A stretch of 64,000 nucleotides of DNA from Octopus vulgaris (GCA_951406725.2 OX597832.1:46066001-46130000), one strand, 5' to 3'. Positions 41,661 through 56,410 are shown, counted from the first letter of the stretch. The notes: generated from the sequence alone by a model not told the origin. Numbers and translations are program-made.

Positions 41661-42661
41661 TAGTAGTAGTTTCTGAGATAAGTCGATTACATACATGCCC
41701 CCTTCCTTAAACTAGTACCTGTTTTATAGACCCTGAAGGGATGAAAGTCAACTTAAGCGGAATTTGAACTCAGAAAGTAAAAAACAGACGAAATGCCGCT
41801 AAACATTTTGCCCAGCTTGCTAACGAATCTGCCAACTCGACATCTTAGTCTCCTGTTTTATTAATGTTAATAATACGAAATTTAAACCCGATCCAGGGAA
41901 AAATTTGAACCTAATTCGTTGATACGTGAAACCAAATATCATTGCATAAATATTCGAGTTCTCTGGTATTTCTTTTTGTGCTGCTTTGCTCTTTAAGTGC
42001 ATCAAGCAATTATTACCATTATTTTCGACTTTATTGTTGATAATATCATTAATTTTAATTGTGCTAATAGCAAGACAGGCCTGACACACTAAACCCGACA
42101 ACTACACGCATTCTGAGCATCATACTCACGGCGTATTCTAATACATTTCTTTATTATCTTAATTGATTTTTTTCTCCTTGTATATTTTAATGTTATATTT
42201 TTGTTGATTTTGTTGTTATAATATTTATAATAATTTTTAGTTAATCTGTCTTTAGATTTGACAACAGAATCGATTTAAGTAGCACTAATTACAGAGTTAG
42301 ACGCTAATATACGGTTATATCTGTAATTATACTATAAATTACTATATCGCATCTGTAACACTTGGGAAGAGCCTTAATGAGGAATTCTGAGACGCTACGA
42401 CTATAAAGTTGATGCTGACATTGATGAGGATGACGAATGCTAATCGTAGTTAATATGACGATCATGATGATGCCTATGAGAAGGAGGAGGAGGAGGAAGA
42501 AGAAGAAGAAGAGGAGAGGGAAAAGATAATTGAAGATGGTGGAGTGTGGTGAGGTATTCTATACTGTAACTATTAATGATGAGGTGGGGGCGGAGGAAGA
42601 GGAGAGAAGTAGGATGGCATTTCAAAGCAATTTATTTGAAATGTTTGTTAAGAAGCTAACG

Positions 42662-42706
42662 CTTCTTCTTCTTCTTCTTCTTCTTCTTCTTCTTCTTCTT
42701 CTTCTT

Positions 42707-42737
<31 letters not shown>

Positions 42738-42761
42738 TTCTTCTTCTTCTCCTGCCTCTTC

Positions 42762-42793
<32 letters not shown>

Positions 42794-42855
42794 CTTCTTC
42801 TTCTTCGTCTTCTTCTTCTTCTTCTTCTTCTTCTTCTTCTTCTTCTTCTTCTTCT
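42662..42855. repeat. (CTT)n microsatellite
   Basis: Direct reading; source of poly-Leu and poly-Arg ORFs. Confidence 0.95.
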
Positions 42856-43433
42856 ATAATTAGCCATTATCTATATCTTGCCTTGACATTTGAAAATACT
42901 CAGGCATTTTATATTATGTCTATGAAGAGAGTTAATTTATGAAGCAGAAAAACATAGAAACATACAAAAAAATGTTGCACTCCTTCACGTTCCATGTTCA
43001 AACGGGGAGTTGGTCTGCCAGGATATGTAGAGTACCTGAATAAAATGAATTGTGGTATTTCGTTATGGCTGTTGGCAATGTTATTATTAGCCTTGCAAAA
43101 CGGCTATTGATTTCCTGTCCTCTGGATCCATTAGGATCGAGTATATCCCGATTACACCGTTGATGAAGTACGGTCCAACTACGTATCGCGCTAGAATCTA
43201 TAACATTTGCACGTTTTCCTCCCGGTATCTGTCTGTGAATGTTCTTTGTAAACCGTTAACCAAACATGTTATTTATCATACGATGTGTGCAGATATGGCT
43301 GTTTGTTAACGAAGATCACCTTGGCATTCAGGGGCACTGCTTGGGACATAAGGCAAATACCTTCTATCATAACCCGGACAGATCAATGACTTGTACGTGG
43401 ATTCGGTTGGCGTAACCTGTGTGACAGTCCATA

Positions 43434-43474
<41 letters not shown>

Positions 43475-43562
43475 ATCCAAACATGAAAACACAAAGAGAA
43501 AACACAACAACGCGGAAAAAATATAGTATTATTGGACACCCATGAAGGAAGGTAAGAAGGGG

Positions 43563-43598
43563 GTTTTAACGTTTCGAGCGGAGCTCTTCGTCGGAAAC
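43563..43598 (-). ncRNA. Minimal hammerhead-like motif with CCGACGA core
   Basis: Minus strand: gttt-CCGACGA-a-gagc-tcc-gctc-GAAA-cg-TTA-aaac, in a ~200 bp element abutting (TA)n. Confidence 0.55.
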
Positions 43599-43679
43599 AT
43601 AGGAGAAGGAAAGATCCAGAGAAGAGAAGACAGAGGAAAAGAAACGCCAACGGTACACACGCGGTGCATACGTATATAT

Positions 43680-43959
43680 GGAATCTCCTGTCGAAGACGT
43701 CCTATTAGCGTCCAGGTTTTGCGCAAACGACTTGCACATGTTTTGTTTTTTGTGATCAAATGTTCGTGCCACATGTCAGTTCAATCTCTCCACCAAATCA
43801 ACGTTATCTGAATGTGTACCACACGTCGGGTGTCGAAGCAATCGCAGAGCAACGTAAGACGATGTGTTTTGCTCAAGAACCCAACGCATCGACCGGTCTA
43901 GGAATTGAAAACACGATCGAAGAATCGTGAGTGCCGGCCACAAGGCCATGTGGCCTCAC
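43680..43959 (-). mobile_element. SINE family D-like, decayed, tail type 3
   Basis: Minus strand gcgttgggttcttgagcaaaacacatcgtcttacgttgctc core with a tail unlike the other D copies. Confidence 0.6.
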
Positions 43960-44045
43960 TGTACATACACACACACGCACATAAACACTCACATACAAAC
44001 ACACACACATACACATATATACATAGGCGCATGTATGTGGTGTAA

Positions 44046-44171
44046 ATGTATGCATGTAGGTATGTATGTATGTATGTATGTATGTATGTATGTATGTATG
44101 TATGTATGTATGTATGTACGTACGTACGTACGTACGTACGTACGTATGTATGTATGTTGTATGATGTATGC

Positions 44172-44204
<33 letters not shown>

Positions 44205-44330
44205 TGTGTGTATGTATGTATGTATGTATGTTGTATGATGTATGCATGTATGTATGTAAGTATGTATGTATGTACGTATGTATGTATGTATGTATGTGTG
44301 TATGTACGTATGTATGTATGTATGTATGTA
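44046..44330. repeat. (TATG)n/(TACG)n microsatellite
   Basis: Direct reading. Confidence 0.95.
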
Positions 44331-44776
44331 TCATTGTGTTTCTGTTACCCTCCCCCACCAACCAGTCAGCGTTGCTTTTGTCTACGTCCACGGAATTCAG
44401 CATTTCGGTATGAGAGACCGTTGCAATAAGTAATAGACTTAACAAAGTATGCAGTGGGGTTCGATTGTTCGACTAAGTCTTCTTTCAGGGCGACAATGCC
44501 AGCATCACCGCAGTCCAATGGAGGAAACAAGTAAAAATTAAATGATAAAAAAAAATTGGTTTGTTTTTTGCTCCTATACATGTGTATATTCTGTCAGGAA
44601 CCAATCAGATTTCAGCTAACACAATGTTTCTTTTCTTTATATTAAACAAAAGGAGATAAGAAATATCTTATATATATATATATATATACGTACATACATA
44701 AATAGATAAATAAATATATATATACACATATATGTATTTGCATAGATATATATTTGTATATATGTATATATATATA

Positions 44777-44812
<36 letters not shown>

Positions 44813-44881
44813 ATATATATATCTATGTATATTTGTATATATGTATATATATATATTTGTATATATATGTATACATATATT

Positions 44882-44932
<51 letters not shown>

Positions 44933-45100
44933 ATATATATACATATATATATATATATTTCATACGCACACACACACATATATGCATGTGTGTATACGTG
45001 TGTGTGTGTGTGTGTATGTGTGTAAAATACTTTATACGAATTGAAAGAAATAGCTAGCCACAAACGGTGCCATGCTGATTCGAATTGGAAAACTTATATA

Positions 45101-45141
<41 letters not shown>

Positions 45142-45276
45142 CGCAGCGGAGATGGTGCATATTGAATGAATAATTCATAACCATACAAAATAAATGTAAG
45201 CATTTCTTATACACACTATCTATGCAGAAACAAAAATCTATATCTCTACACATTACATCTCATCTAGAAATGTTGG

Positions 45277-45995
45277 CTTCAAATTTTGGCACCAGGCCAG
45301 CGGATTCGGAGAGGGTGTAAGTCGACTACATCGACCCGAGTACTAAACTGGTATTTATTTTATCGACCCTGAAGGATAAATGGCAAAGTCGACCTCGGTG
45401 GCATTTGAACTCAGAACGGTGGCATTTGAACTCATTTGTCAGTACAACGCTTCTCGTATATGAATATTGTTTAAAACTTTGGTTTCAGGGGTCAGCAATG
45501 TTTAGGGGTGGGGTATGTTAATTCCATCGACTCCAGTACTTAATTACTATTTATTTTATCGACCGAGAAAGGTTAAATTCAAAGTCGACCGGGGTGGCAT
45601 TCGAACTTAGGACGTAAAAAACCCCCAGATGAAATGCTGCTTAACATTTCGCCCGTAGTGCTAACGATCCTTATTTCTTTACTGCCCCCAAGGGGCTAAA
45701 CATAGAGGGGTCAAACAAGGACAGACAAGGGTATTAAGTCACGAAACGGCAGACGAAATACCTATTTCTTTATTACCCACAAGGGGCTAAATACAGAAAG
45801 GACAAACAAGGACAAACAAGGGGATTAAGTCGATTATATCGACCCAAGTGCTTAACTGGTACTTAATTTATCGACCCCGAAAGGATGAAAGGCAAAGTCG
45901 ACTTCGGCGGAATTTAAACTCAGAACGCAGCGGCAGACAAAATACCGTTAAGCATTTCGCCCGTCGTTTTAACGATTCTGCTAACTCGCGGCCCT
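45277..45995 (-). mobile_element. Cluster of family B SINE units, several partial
   Basis: Repeated tttatcgacc..gaaaggat..caaagtcgac blocks at ~45360, ~45557 and ~45870. Confidence 0.8.
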
Positions 45996-46191
45996 CATGT
46001 CTTAATATTAACACACAATAATAAAAATATATATTTTATACAATGATTATGTCTACGACACACACTGACAAAGAGAAAATGAAATCGTAATTTATGTAAG
46101 TATTATAGAAAAGCATTTGAAAATTATATTGCAAACGTAAAATATAAAATTTTAAATGGATAGACTTACATATACGTATATATATATATAC

Positions 46192-46262
<71 letters not shown>

Positions 46263-46789
46263 TGTGTACACACTTACAATGAATTTTATAGAGTATCTAA
46301 GACTTGTCAACAATAGTGACCTACTTTTCTCGTCGTCTAATCGTTTCGACGAATTTGTTTGAAATAGAGATTCTAGATATTGAGATTTATCATGCAAGAA
46401 ATAATTATAGTATTCCATTTATGAAAGTATGAAAGCAATTATTCCGATCATCATGTAATATGGCATAAGATAATCTTCAGTTGATAGCGTATTTAATCGT
46501 TCCAATTTGAAGATAATTTTGGAAATTCCTCTGTATATATGTATGTATTTACATACCATTAGAAATTTCTCACACACAGGCATATATGTATATATTTATG
46601 AATGTATACGTGTGTGCGTTTTGTGATGATATTACCAGATCTTTCTGCACAGAGCTGAAATCACATTGAGATTATCAGTGTCATAAATTCTTTCAGAATC
46701 GATAGATAAAATGTTGGTCCTGTATTCAAGGCTTTTTTCGTTTTTGTATCTCTCCTACTTCACCTGTTCTCTCATTGTGAACTCGTTAT

Positions 46790-47006
46790 AGCACATCTGG
46801 TGATACGTGTGCAAATGACTTGGTGATGCGTTCCTTTAAAGGATTCATGTCTTTTATCTTTTCGCGATACACCTTGCCTTTCAAAATACCCCCAAAGATA
46901 GAAATCAAGAGGGGTCAGATGAGGGGATCTAGAAGGCCTTATAAACAGTTTCTTTTAAGAAAAATAACTTTTTCCTATGTATGGAGACTTTTGAATCACC
47001 CTGTAT
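46790..47006 (-). mobile_element. Tc1/mariner remnant, internally deleted
   Basis: Minus strand encodes PSRSPHLTPLDFYLWGY (SPDL.P.DF.LWG transposase motif); terminus TA|CAGGGTGATTCAAAA near 47005. Confidence 0.7.
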
Positions 47007-47712
47007 ATTGAAGGAGAGAAAGAGAGAGATGTTAGTCGCTTCGATGTACGTCAATGTTATTGATTGTCTTAGAAAAAGAGAAATAAAAAGAAAATAGAAA
47101 ACCTGATAACAGATTTTTTCTCTTTGCCAATCCTGCTGACAACCACAGGTTGTTTGTTGTCTCTGTACAACGACGTCACATATTTCGCGTAGATATCACA
47201 ATGGATTTTCCAATTTCGTTTTTTTCCTTTTTTTTCCCCTGTGAAAATAGACTTAACACCTGCTAGTGCAATCAGTTGCCTCTTTGGCTATTGTACAGAC
47301 CAATTTTCCACTTGTACTGTTTATAAGGAACAAAAAACTTTAAATGCAGCCATTTTCAGTGATTTGTCATACCTTGGGTTCCTGGAACTGGATTGCATAC
47401 TGGTTTACTCTGACACACATATTGAACACCAGCCTTCATGAAAGTTCACTGTTTAGTTCATCAATTCTCTTACAGCATAATTTCAGACCCATAATGAATA
47501 CTTATATTGTACCTTGGTTTATGTTCTAAGTGTTTATGATTCAAATTCACACCTGTTAACGCCTATTAGGTGTAATATTACCGGAGGCGTGCAAAGCAGG
47601 TTCCATTCAAGCCACCAAATCCCATGAAGAAAATTTTCTATGTTTTACATCGTATTAAGAATTCCCGTATACTTTTATTCCTTTAGTTGACTTCTGTCTA
47701 CGCATTCTTCTC

Positions 47713-47774
<62 letters not shown>

Positions 47775-48056
47775 CATATTGTATTTGTGTAAGATCGTCC
47801 TTTATTTTCCGTTCATGTTTTTGTATACATTCGTTGCTTTCTTCCAAGGAATCTAATGCTTAGATGTTTCCTTGGGGCTTGCCAGATTGGAGCAATCTGA
47901 AGTATAATCACCCGAAATCGCGAAAATACTATGGTACTTGACTGAGGAAAGAAAACTTTGAATAACCCGCCCTTATTTTCGTTGTACCGTCTATCTGGAT
48001 GTTTTGTTGTCCCATTTTTGTATCACCTAAACTGCCAGCATGTTTTGCGTTCTTGT

Positions 48057-48123
<67 letters not shown>

Positions 48124-48441
48124 TTATAAGGCAAATAAGAAAATGGAAAGGATATAAAATCGACAAACATCAGCCAGTAAACATTCCATTATACCTATTT
48201 ATTAAATGATAACAAACATGTGTTTACGTATTAATTGGCTGAGCTCATTCGTTTATCACAACCACTTAAACACAAGTTTTTATCATTTAATGTTTACTGG
48301 CTGATGTTTGTCGATTTTATATCCTCTCTATTTTCTTATTTGCCTTATAAATCCTGGGTTAATTTCTATACATACATACATACTTATATACATACATACA
48401 TACATACATACATTCATACATACATACATACATACATCCAT

Positions 48442-48473
<32 letters not shown>

Positions 48474-48823
48474 CTATACATTTCTCATACGTTCATTGCA
48501 TTGCGCGCGTGTATCTGTACTGTGAGTTTATAATGATTTTTGGGCATTGGCTCTGATTTTTGCAACAGCTATTATATACACTGCTGTATATATGTATACA
48601 TATACGTGTGTGTGTGTTTGTGGGTTTGTCCCCCCCCCCCCCAAATCGCCTGACAACCAATGCTGGTATGTTTACGTACCCGTAACGTAGCAGTTCCGCA
48701 AAGTTACCAATAGAATAAGTACTAGGCTTACAAAAATATGTCCTGGCGTCGATTTCCTCGACTAAAGGCCGTGCTCCAGCATGGCTGCAGTCAAATGATT
48801 AAAACATGTAAAAGCGTAAAAGA

Positions 48824-48885
<62 letters not shown>

Positions 48886-49723
48886 TTATTTATTTATATA
48901 TATATATACACATACGTATTTATATTCATATGCATCTATGTATGCACGGGTACATAAATTTATCTATACCTATGCATTTCTACGATTATCAGTCTAACTA
49001 TATGTACTAACTCCCATACACAGTCATGTTTCTATATCTGTGTATTCATATATTGCATGCAGAGTAATAGGTAACGGGAAATAAACTCAATACATATTAG
49101 CAGATATTTTATAAAAATTCTTCTTGAAGACATAGCTACTTTCAATATACTATAAACCACCATTAACAATGTGACAAAATAAAACCACACAAAAAACAAG
49201 AAAATAACGAGAACCGATACAAAAAAAATTCAGTACAAAACAATACAATCCGAGTAAGATTCATTGCAACGAAAAAATATTTAGTGATTTGACAACTGCA
49301 TGTAATAAGGGGGAACACATATTTTGCAAGTATATCAAAATTGCCGTACTAATACAACAGATGGCGTGTGTTTGGGAGAAAGAGACTGAAAAGTAATGCG
49401 TGTAAAATACATAATTAATTGTCTCGAAATACGGCAAAGGAGTAGAAAATGGAAGGACGAAATATAAACTAGAAATTTTCGTCTAAAGAAATACAGAAAA
49501 GAAACGAAAAAAATCGACTCTTACATTAGTATTTAGAATATATTGGAACGAAATACCACGTAACTATAAGACAATATATCAAGAAAAGCAATAACGACTG
49601 CCCTGATTTACCACACGCCCGCTGATAAATTATTGAATAGATATCTGTGAAAATGAAAATGGTTTGCAAATAAGTTACTGGTTATTCCATATTCGTAGGG
49701 ACACAGACAATTATTCACTCGCA

Positions 49724-49762
<39 letters not shown>

Positions 49763-49819
49763 ATATGCGTATATATATATATAATATACGCGTAATTACA
49801 CAAAGACACATATCTATAT

Positions 49820-50170
49820 AGGCGCAGTAGTGGCTGTGTGGTAAGTACCTTGCTCACCAACGCCATGTTTCCGGGTTGAGTCCCACTGCGTGGCACCTTG
49901 TCTTCTGTTATAGCCGACCAAAGCCTTGTAAGACGGAAACTGAAAGAAGCCCGTCGTATATGAATATATATATATATATGCATATGCTTGTGTGACAACA
50001 AATGCTGGTGATTTTTCGTCTCGTCAACTTAGATGTTCGGCAAAAACATACCGATAGAATAAGTACTAGCTTTACAAAGAATTAGTCCTGGAGTCGATTT
50101 CTTCGACTAAAGATGGTGCTCCAGCATGGCCGCGGTGAAATGACTGAAACAAGTAAAAGAATAAAAAGAA
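49820..50170 (+). mobile_element. SINE family A with small deletions
   Basis: ggcgcagtagtggctgtgtggtaag...tgactgaaacaagtaaaaga. Confidence 0.85.
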
Positions 50171-50246
50171 TATATACATACAATGGCATGGTTATGTTGA
50201 TGCCATTTTATATTTTTTTATTTCACGCGTGCGCATTATTTGTTTT

Positions 50247-50291
<45 letters not shown>

Positions 50292-50292
<1 letters not shown>

Positions 50293-50455
50293 TTTATTTA
50301 AAAGCAGCAGAAATGTAACAAAAGCTGTTACTCGGAGTTTCACGTTCCCGTTCGACGAGCAGAATTATTGTTGCTTTTAAATAAAGCATATTACTCTACA
50401 TCTGGTATTTGAGTACACTTTTTTCCACCTTGTTTCACATTTATGTGCTTACCCC

Positions 50456-50457
<2 letters not shown>
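50292..50457 (-). mobile_element. (TA)n-embedded mini-element with a decayed hammerhead; sister of 56522-56602
   Basis: 18 bp inverted repeats at 50292-50309 and 50369-50386; minus strand ctgc-TCGTCGA-acg-ggaa-cgt-GAAA-ctccga-GTA-acag. Confidence 0.6.
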
Positions 50458-50549
<92 letters not shown>

Positions 50550-50689
50550 TATATCTATTTACGCACACACATGTATCTAACACTAATACTACTAACACTA
50601 CTTATTGAATAGCACAAAAAACAACAAAACCTTCTGCTGCAGTCTATAGTTATTTTGTCACTCGCCTTTTAACGTTTACTTATGGATAT

Positions 50690-50781
<92 letters not shown>

Positions 50782-50811
50782 AAGAAGAATGATAATTATT
50801 ATTATTATTAT

Positions 50812-51290
50812 TGAGTGAGAGAGCAGTGCATGCCATCAAAGTGACACTGGGGTAAAATTTACGAAGCCCAGTATACCCATCATGACTACCCGTCTGATAA
50901 GGGCACACCAGGCACATGCATCACAACAATATGTGCACGACATGGTGATCTAATGTCAAGATAAACAGCACATGACCTTGCAGGTGGAGCCCAGTTAGAA
51001 TTTTCTTCAGGTCGAGTAACCCATCCTGCTCAAAAGGTCCCTGAATAAGGGTTGTTTAAGGATGTTGAACGAAACACCCATGTTTCCAGAGGTGAATTAT
51101 TCAAACCCCAAAGAATCCCTCTCAACACATGGCTATGATGCTCGCCCACTACTTCTGCTCATGATCAGAGATGCACATATCGTCAGTCACTAAGGGACAT
51201 GCTCAACTGGTTAAGGTCAAACAACTGACAAGCAAATCTGTGGTATTGAGCAGAATATTTGCTGTAGTCCATCTTTTATACCAAGACAGG
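50812..51290. mobile_element. Probable non-coding repeat element embedded in (ATT)n
   Basis: ~480 bp higher-GC block with sharp edges against (ATT)n tracts on both sides; single copy here, no ORF. Confidence 0.45.
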
Positions 51291-51364
51291 GGGCTATATT
51301 ATTATTATTATTACTATTATCATTATTATTATTTGTATTATTATTATTATTATCATTATAATTA

Positions 51365-51410
<46 letters not shown>

Positions 51411-51834
51411 GGGCTTCTCCATCGCCAGACTGTTCACTACAAGTCCAATTTCCCCGTAAAGACTGCCTGAGGAATGATTTTACCGTTACGAAGCCTTTAG
51501 ACCAAAACAAGAACAACCACACTAATAACGAAATCAGTCAGGGAATAATTAGTAAAAGATATACATTATGGCCGTTTCTTCTAACTTGTGTATATCTAGA
51601 AAACTACTGCATATTTCCCTTGAGCAATACTCAGTTTGTAATTGCTATCATTTCAATACGTTTTACATAGACATAGGACGTACGTAACGACGTACCTATA
51701 TATTTACCTACCTACATGTCTGCCTGCCTGCCTGCCTTTATACCTACCTACCTACCTACCTACGAATTTATATGCAAAATGGCTGGATCTTCTTCATCGA
51801 GAAGATAATGACGCTGGTACGTCAAGCCATGTCT

Positions 51835-52052
51835 CTTTTTCTTGTTTCAGTCATTTGACTGAGGCCATGCTGGAGCACCGCCTGTAGTCGAGCAAATAAA
51901 TCGACCCCCAGGACTTATTCTTTGTAAGCCTGGTGCTTATTCTGTCGGTCTCTTTTCTCGAACCGCTAAGTTACGGGGACGTAAACACACCAGCATCTTT
52001 TGTCAAGCGATGTTGGGGGGGACAAACATAGACACACAAACACATAGACACT

Positions 52053-52085
<33 letters not shown>

Positions 52086-52262
52086 GTACACATATATACG
52101 ACGGACTTCTTTTCAGTTTCCGTCTACCAAATCCACTCACAAGGCTTTGGTCGGCCCGAGGCTATAGTAGAAGACACTTGCCCAAAGTACCACGAAGTGG
52201 GACTGAACCCGGAACGATGTGATTCATAAGCAAGGTACTTACCACACAGCCACTCCTGCGCC
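51835..52262 (-). mobile_element. SINE family A, full length
   Basis: Reverse complement of family A. Confidence 0.9.
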
Positions 52263-52812
52263 GAGTTTATCGAGAGAAATTAGCAAATAGAAATTTTCTT
52301 CGTATGCGAAATGTATGGTAAGACGAGATTAAACAACAGACGAGTAGCAAAAATAGCAGGAATGAAGGTATTGTTGCATGCATTCTTCTTTTTTTATCCC
52401 GTTCTAGTTCACGCAAACGTGAAAAAGACTCTTCTCAGTGGGTTAGCGTGTTCTCGTTATAGAGATTATGTACAAACACACACACACACACACACATACA
52501 TACACACACACACATACACACACGCACACATAGACACACACACACACGTACTCACGCACACAGACAAACTCACACGTACAAATAATCTCTTATATACGCA
52601 TACGATATTTAATCAAAAAAACGTTCCCCTCTCTTATTCCATTCCTTCAAATGATCGCGCTAAACTTTCACTTATTCACGTTTGTCAGTCTAATCAATCA
52701 GACATTTTGGAAATACTGAAAAAGATATATATTGCTTGTTCTTTTCTTGACCATCAACATGCAGCTGCATTTTCGAGTCAGCGTTGATGTTGATATTTTT
52801 TTGAACTACTAA

Positions 52813-53720
52813 AGGCGGCGAGATGGCAGAAATGTTAGCACGCCGGGCGAAATGCTTAGCGGCATTTCGTCTGCTGCTACGCTCTTAGTTCAAATTCTGC
52901 CGAGGTTGACTTAGCCTTTCATCCTTTAGGGGTCGATTCAAATAAGTACCAATTACGCACTGAGGTCGATGTAATCGACTTAATCCGTTTGTCTGTCATT
53001 GTTTGTCCTCTCTGTATTTAGCCCCTTGTGGGCAATAAAGAAACAGGTATTTCGTATGCCGCTACGTTCTGAGTTCACATTCCGCCGAGGTTGACTTAGC
53101 CTTTCATCTTTTAGGGGTCGATTCAAATAAGTACCAATTACGCACTGGGTTCGATAGAATCGACTTAATCCGGTTGTTTGTCCTTGTTTGTCCCCTCTGT
53201 TTGTAGCCCCTTGTGGGCAGTGAACAAATAGGTATTTCGTCTGCCCTTACGTTCTGAGTTCAAACTCCGCCGAGGTCAATTTTGCCTTTCATCCTTCTGG
53301 GGCCGATTAAATAAGTACCAGTTACGCACTGGGTTCGATGTAATCGACTTAATCCGGTTGTCTGTCCTTGTTTGTCCCCTCTGTGTTTAGCCCCTTGTGG
53401 GTAGTAAAGAAACAGGTATTTCGTCTGCCGCTGCGTTCTGAGTTCAAACTCCACCGAGGTCGACATTGCCTTTCATCCTTCTGGGGCCGATTAAATAAGT
53501 ACCAGTTACGCACTGGGTTGGATGTAATCGACTTAATCCGGTCGTCTCTCCTTGTTTGTCCCCTCTATGTTTAGCCCCTTATGAGCAATAAAACAATAAA
53601 GAAATAAGAATCGTTAGTACGGCGGGTAAAATGTTTAGCGTTATTTCGTCAGTTTTTTTACGTTCTGAGTTCAAAATCTTCCTCAGTCGACTTTACCATT
53701 CATTCTTTCGGGTCGATATA
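52813..53720 (+). mobile_element. SINE family B tandem array: four ~185 bp units plus a decayed fifth
   Basis: Unit starts at 52861, 53046, 53231 and 53415. Confidence 0.92.
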
Positions 53721-54558
53721 CGAATCAGCACCCAAGCACTTTATACTATAGGCTTTGTTCCCGTAATAGAAAGGGATATGTTTTCGTTTACATATGACAA
53801 TTATTCTTATTATCGTAGATCGTGTAGAATCAATAATTTTGTTTCCTCATCTCTCTATGTAGAACCAAGCATCATCATGGAACATTCGAAACTACTCTGC
53901 ATTCTTTCATCTTCGATCTTTTATTGGTTATTCGTCCTCTTCATGTATTCCTCATCCATTAGCGAACATGCTTCATCACTCTCCATTCTTTTCCAACGAT
54001 AACTTAATCCCCATCTATTTCTTCTCTCTATCTTTCTCGCTCATATTTCCTTGGACTACACTTAGTTGCAATTCTGACGACTAAATGCCCAATATATAAA
54101 GGATTTTCAATCTAGTCTCACTCACACAATTGGTTTAGGAATTTTGTGTGAAAAAGATATAGAAGTCAAATTGCTGCTACTAAAATTACAACTATCGTTA
54201 TAGGATGAATTCCAAACATGGCAATCCAAAACAATTGTCGTGAGGACATTTTCCGTCGCTTTACTGACACTTTTATCCCATTAATTTTTCAATGCCTTCT
54301 GACATAGTTATAAGCGCAGCAATCTGAGTAGAGTAATGCTAGTCGATTATATTAACACTAATGCCTGACTGCTGCTTTAGATTATAGAACCACAAAGGAT
54401 ATGCGGCAAAACTGACCTCGGCAGGATTTGACCTCTTAACATAAAGAGCTGGAAAGAATACATCGGGAAGCATATTGTCCGACGCTTTAAAGTTAACGCT
54501 TCTCCACCCCCTAATAACAACAACAACAACACCACCACCACCAACAACAACAACTACT

Positions 54559-54593
<35 letters not shown>

Positions 54594-54677
54594 CAATAAC
54601 AATGATAGTTGTAATAATAATAATAATGATAATAATAATAATAATAATAATATTAGTAATAATGATAATGTATACAA

Positions 54678-54716
<39 letters not shown>

Positions 54717-54778
54717 CACACATATATACACACATATATACATAGATATATACATATACATACATACATACGTATATT

Positions 54779-54857
<79 letters not shown>

Positions 54858-55379
54858 GTATATATGCGGGGAGCCAGTGATTTCAAAAATGTTTTAAGTC
54901 GAATAAATCAACCACCAGAAATTGACTCTAACTATATTTTATAAAAGATTCTGGCAATCCAATATTGTTCTTCTAACATTAATTATATTAACCAAAATTA
55001 ACTTTAACAGAAATTCTATGATAGCAATTACAGAGAGAGAGCGTATGAAATCTGATCAAATTGAAAGAAATATACATTGAAATTACATTTCTAAAAAAAA
55101 AAAAAAAATATTATTAAAAAATCCCTACAGAATTGAAACATAAAGAAAGTATGTATGTATTATTATTTTTTTTTCTATTAGAAAATTCTAAGTTGTTTCA
55201 ATGGATATGTTGCAATCGATTTACGTATTTATTTATTTATTTATTTATTTATTTATATATATATTTCTCTATCTATTTTTTCCCTTTTTTTTCTTTTGCT
55301 TTTGCAGAAGACAAAGGATTCTGTATATACAAAAAGAGTAGCAGAAACGACAGACGATTTGGATAATTTATTGTGGATG

Positions 55380-55415
<36 letters not shown>

Positions 55416-55619
55416 TTTGTATATCCTTTATCTTTCTGCAACCCTCACATATCGCTTTCTGCATTTTGCTCTCTCTTTCTCTCTTAGCTCACACTTTCCC
55501 TCTATTTTAAACATACATGCGTGCATACACGCATATACACACACATAGACACATACACATGTGTATACATACATACATAATCATATATATATATTCATCT
55601 AAATCTAAATTTTGCTGAA

Positions 55620-55662
<43 letters not shown>

Positions 55663-55663
55663 T

Positions 55664-55738
<75 letters not shown>

Positions 55739-56156
55739 TTATTTATTTATGTATGTATGTATGTATGTATGTATATGTGAGAGCATGTGTATATATGTGT
55801 ACATATTTATGAATAAAAATAAATAATATACACTCACTTTAATGTTGATGTTATAGCAGGCTGCTGCTATTAGATATTTGGCTTGTGTTATAATCAAACT
55901 AAAATCTTCTCTAATAGGATAATACAAAATGAAAATCATAGAAATACTTGCGTCTGAAGAGCAGGCAAACATAACTTGCTGCAAAACATAAAATAAAACA
56001 TAGCGATTTTATTCATTTGTATCAAGAGACTGAATGCAATATACTGCACATGCTCATAAGACATCATTAAAGAGACTCATACGAACGGCGATGCATACAT
56101 AAATAGAAATACATACATACATACATCTATGCGTACATATATATATCTGTATGTGA

Positions 56157-56368
56157 AGGCGGCGAGCTGGCAGAAACGTTAGCACGCCGTGCGAGATGTG
56201 TTACGTTCCGAGTTCAAAATACCGCCGAGGTCGACTTTGCCTTTCATCATTTCGCGGTCGATAAATTAAGTACCAGTTACGCACTGGGGTCGATGTAATC
56301 GACTTAATCCGTTTACCTGTCCTTGTTTGTCCCCTCTGTGTTTAGTCCCTTGTGGGTAGTAAAAAAAT
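56157..56368 (+). mobile_element. SINE family B monomer
   Basis: Matches 36709-36941 with a short deletion. Confidence 0.9.
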
Positions 56369-56410
56369 ATATATGTCTGTATGTGTAAGAATGTATAGCT
56401 ATATCAATGT

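Noticed and set aside
52861-53600. Regular ~185 bp periodicity suggesting a CRISPR array or satellite
   Set aside because: Whole units repeat with no unique spacers, the context is eukaryotic, and the units are SINE bodies.
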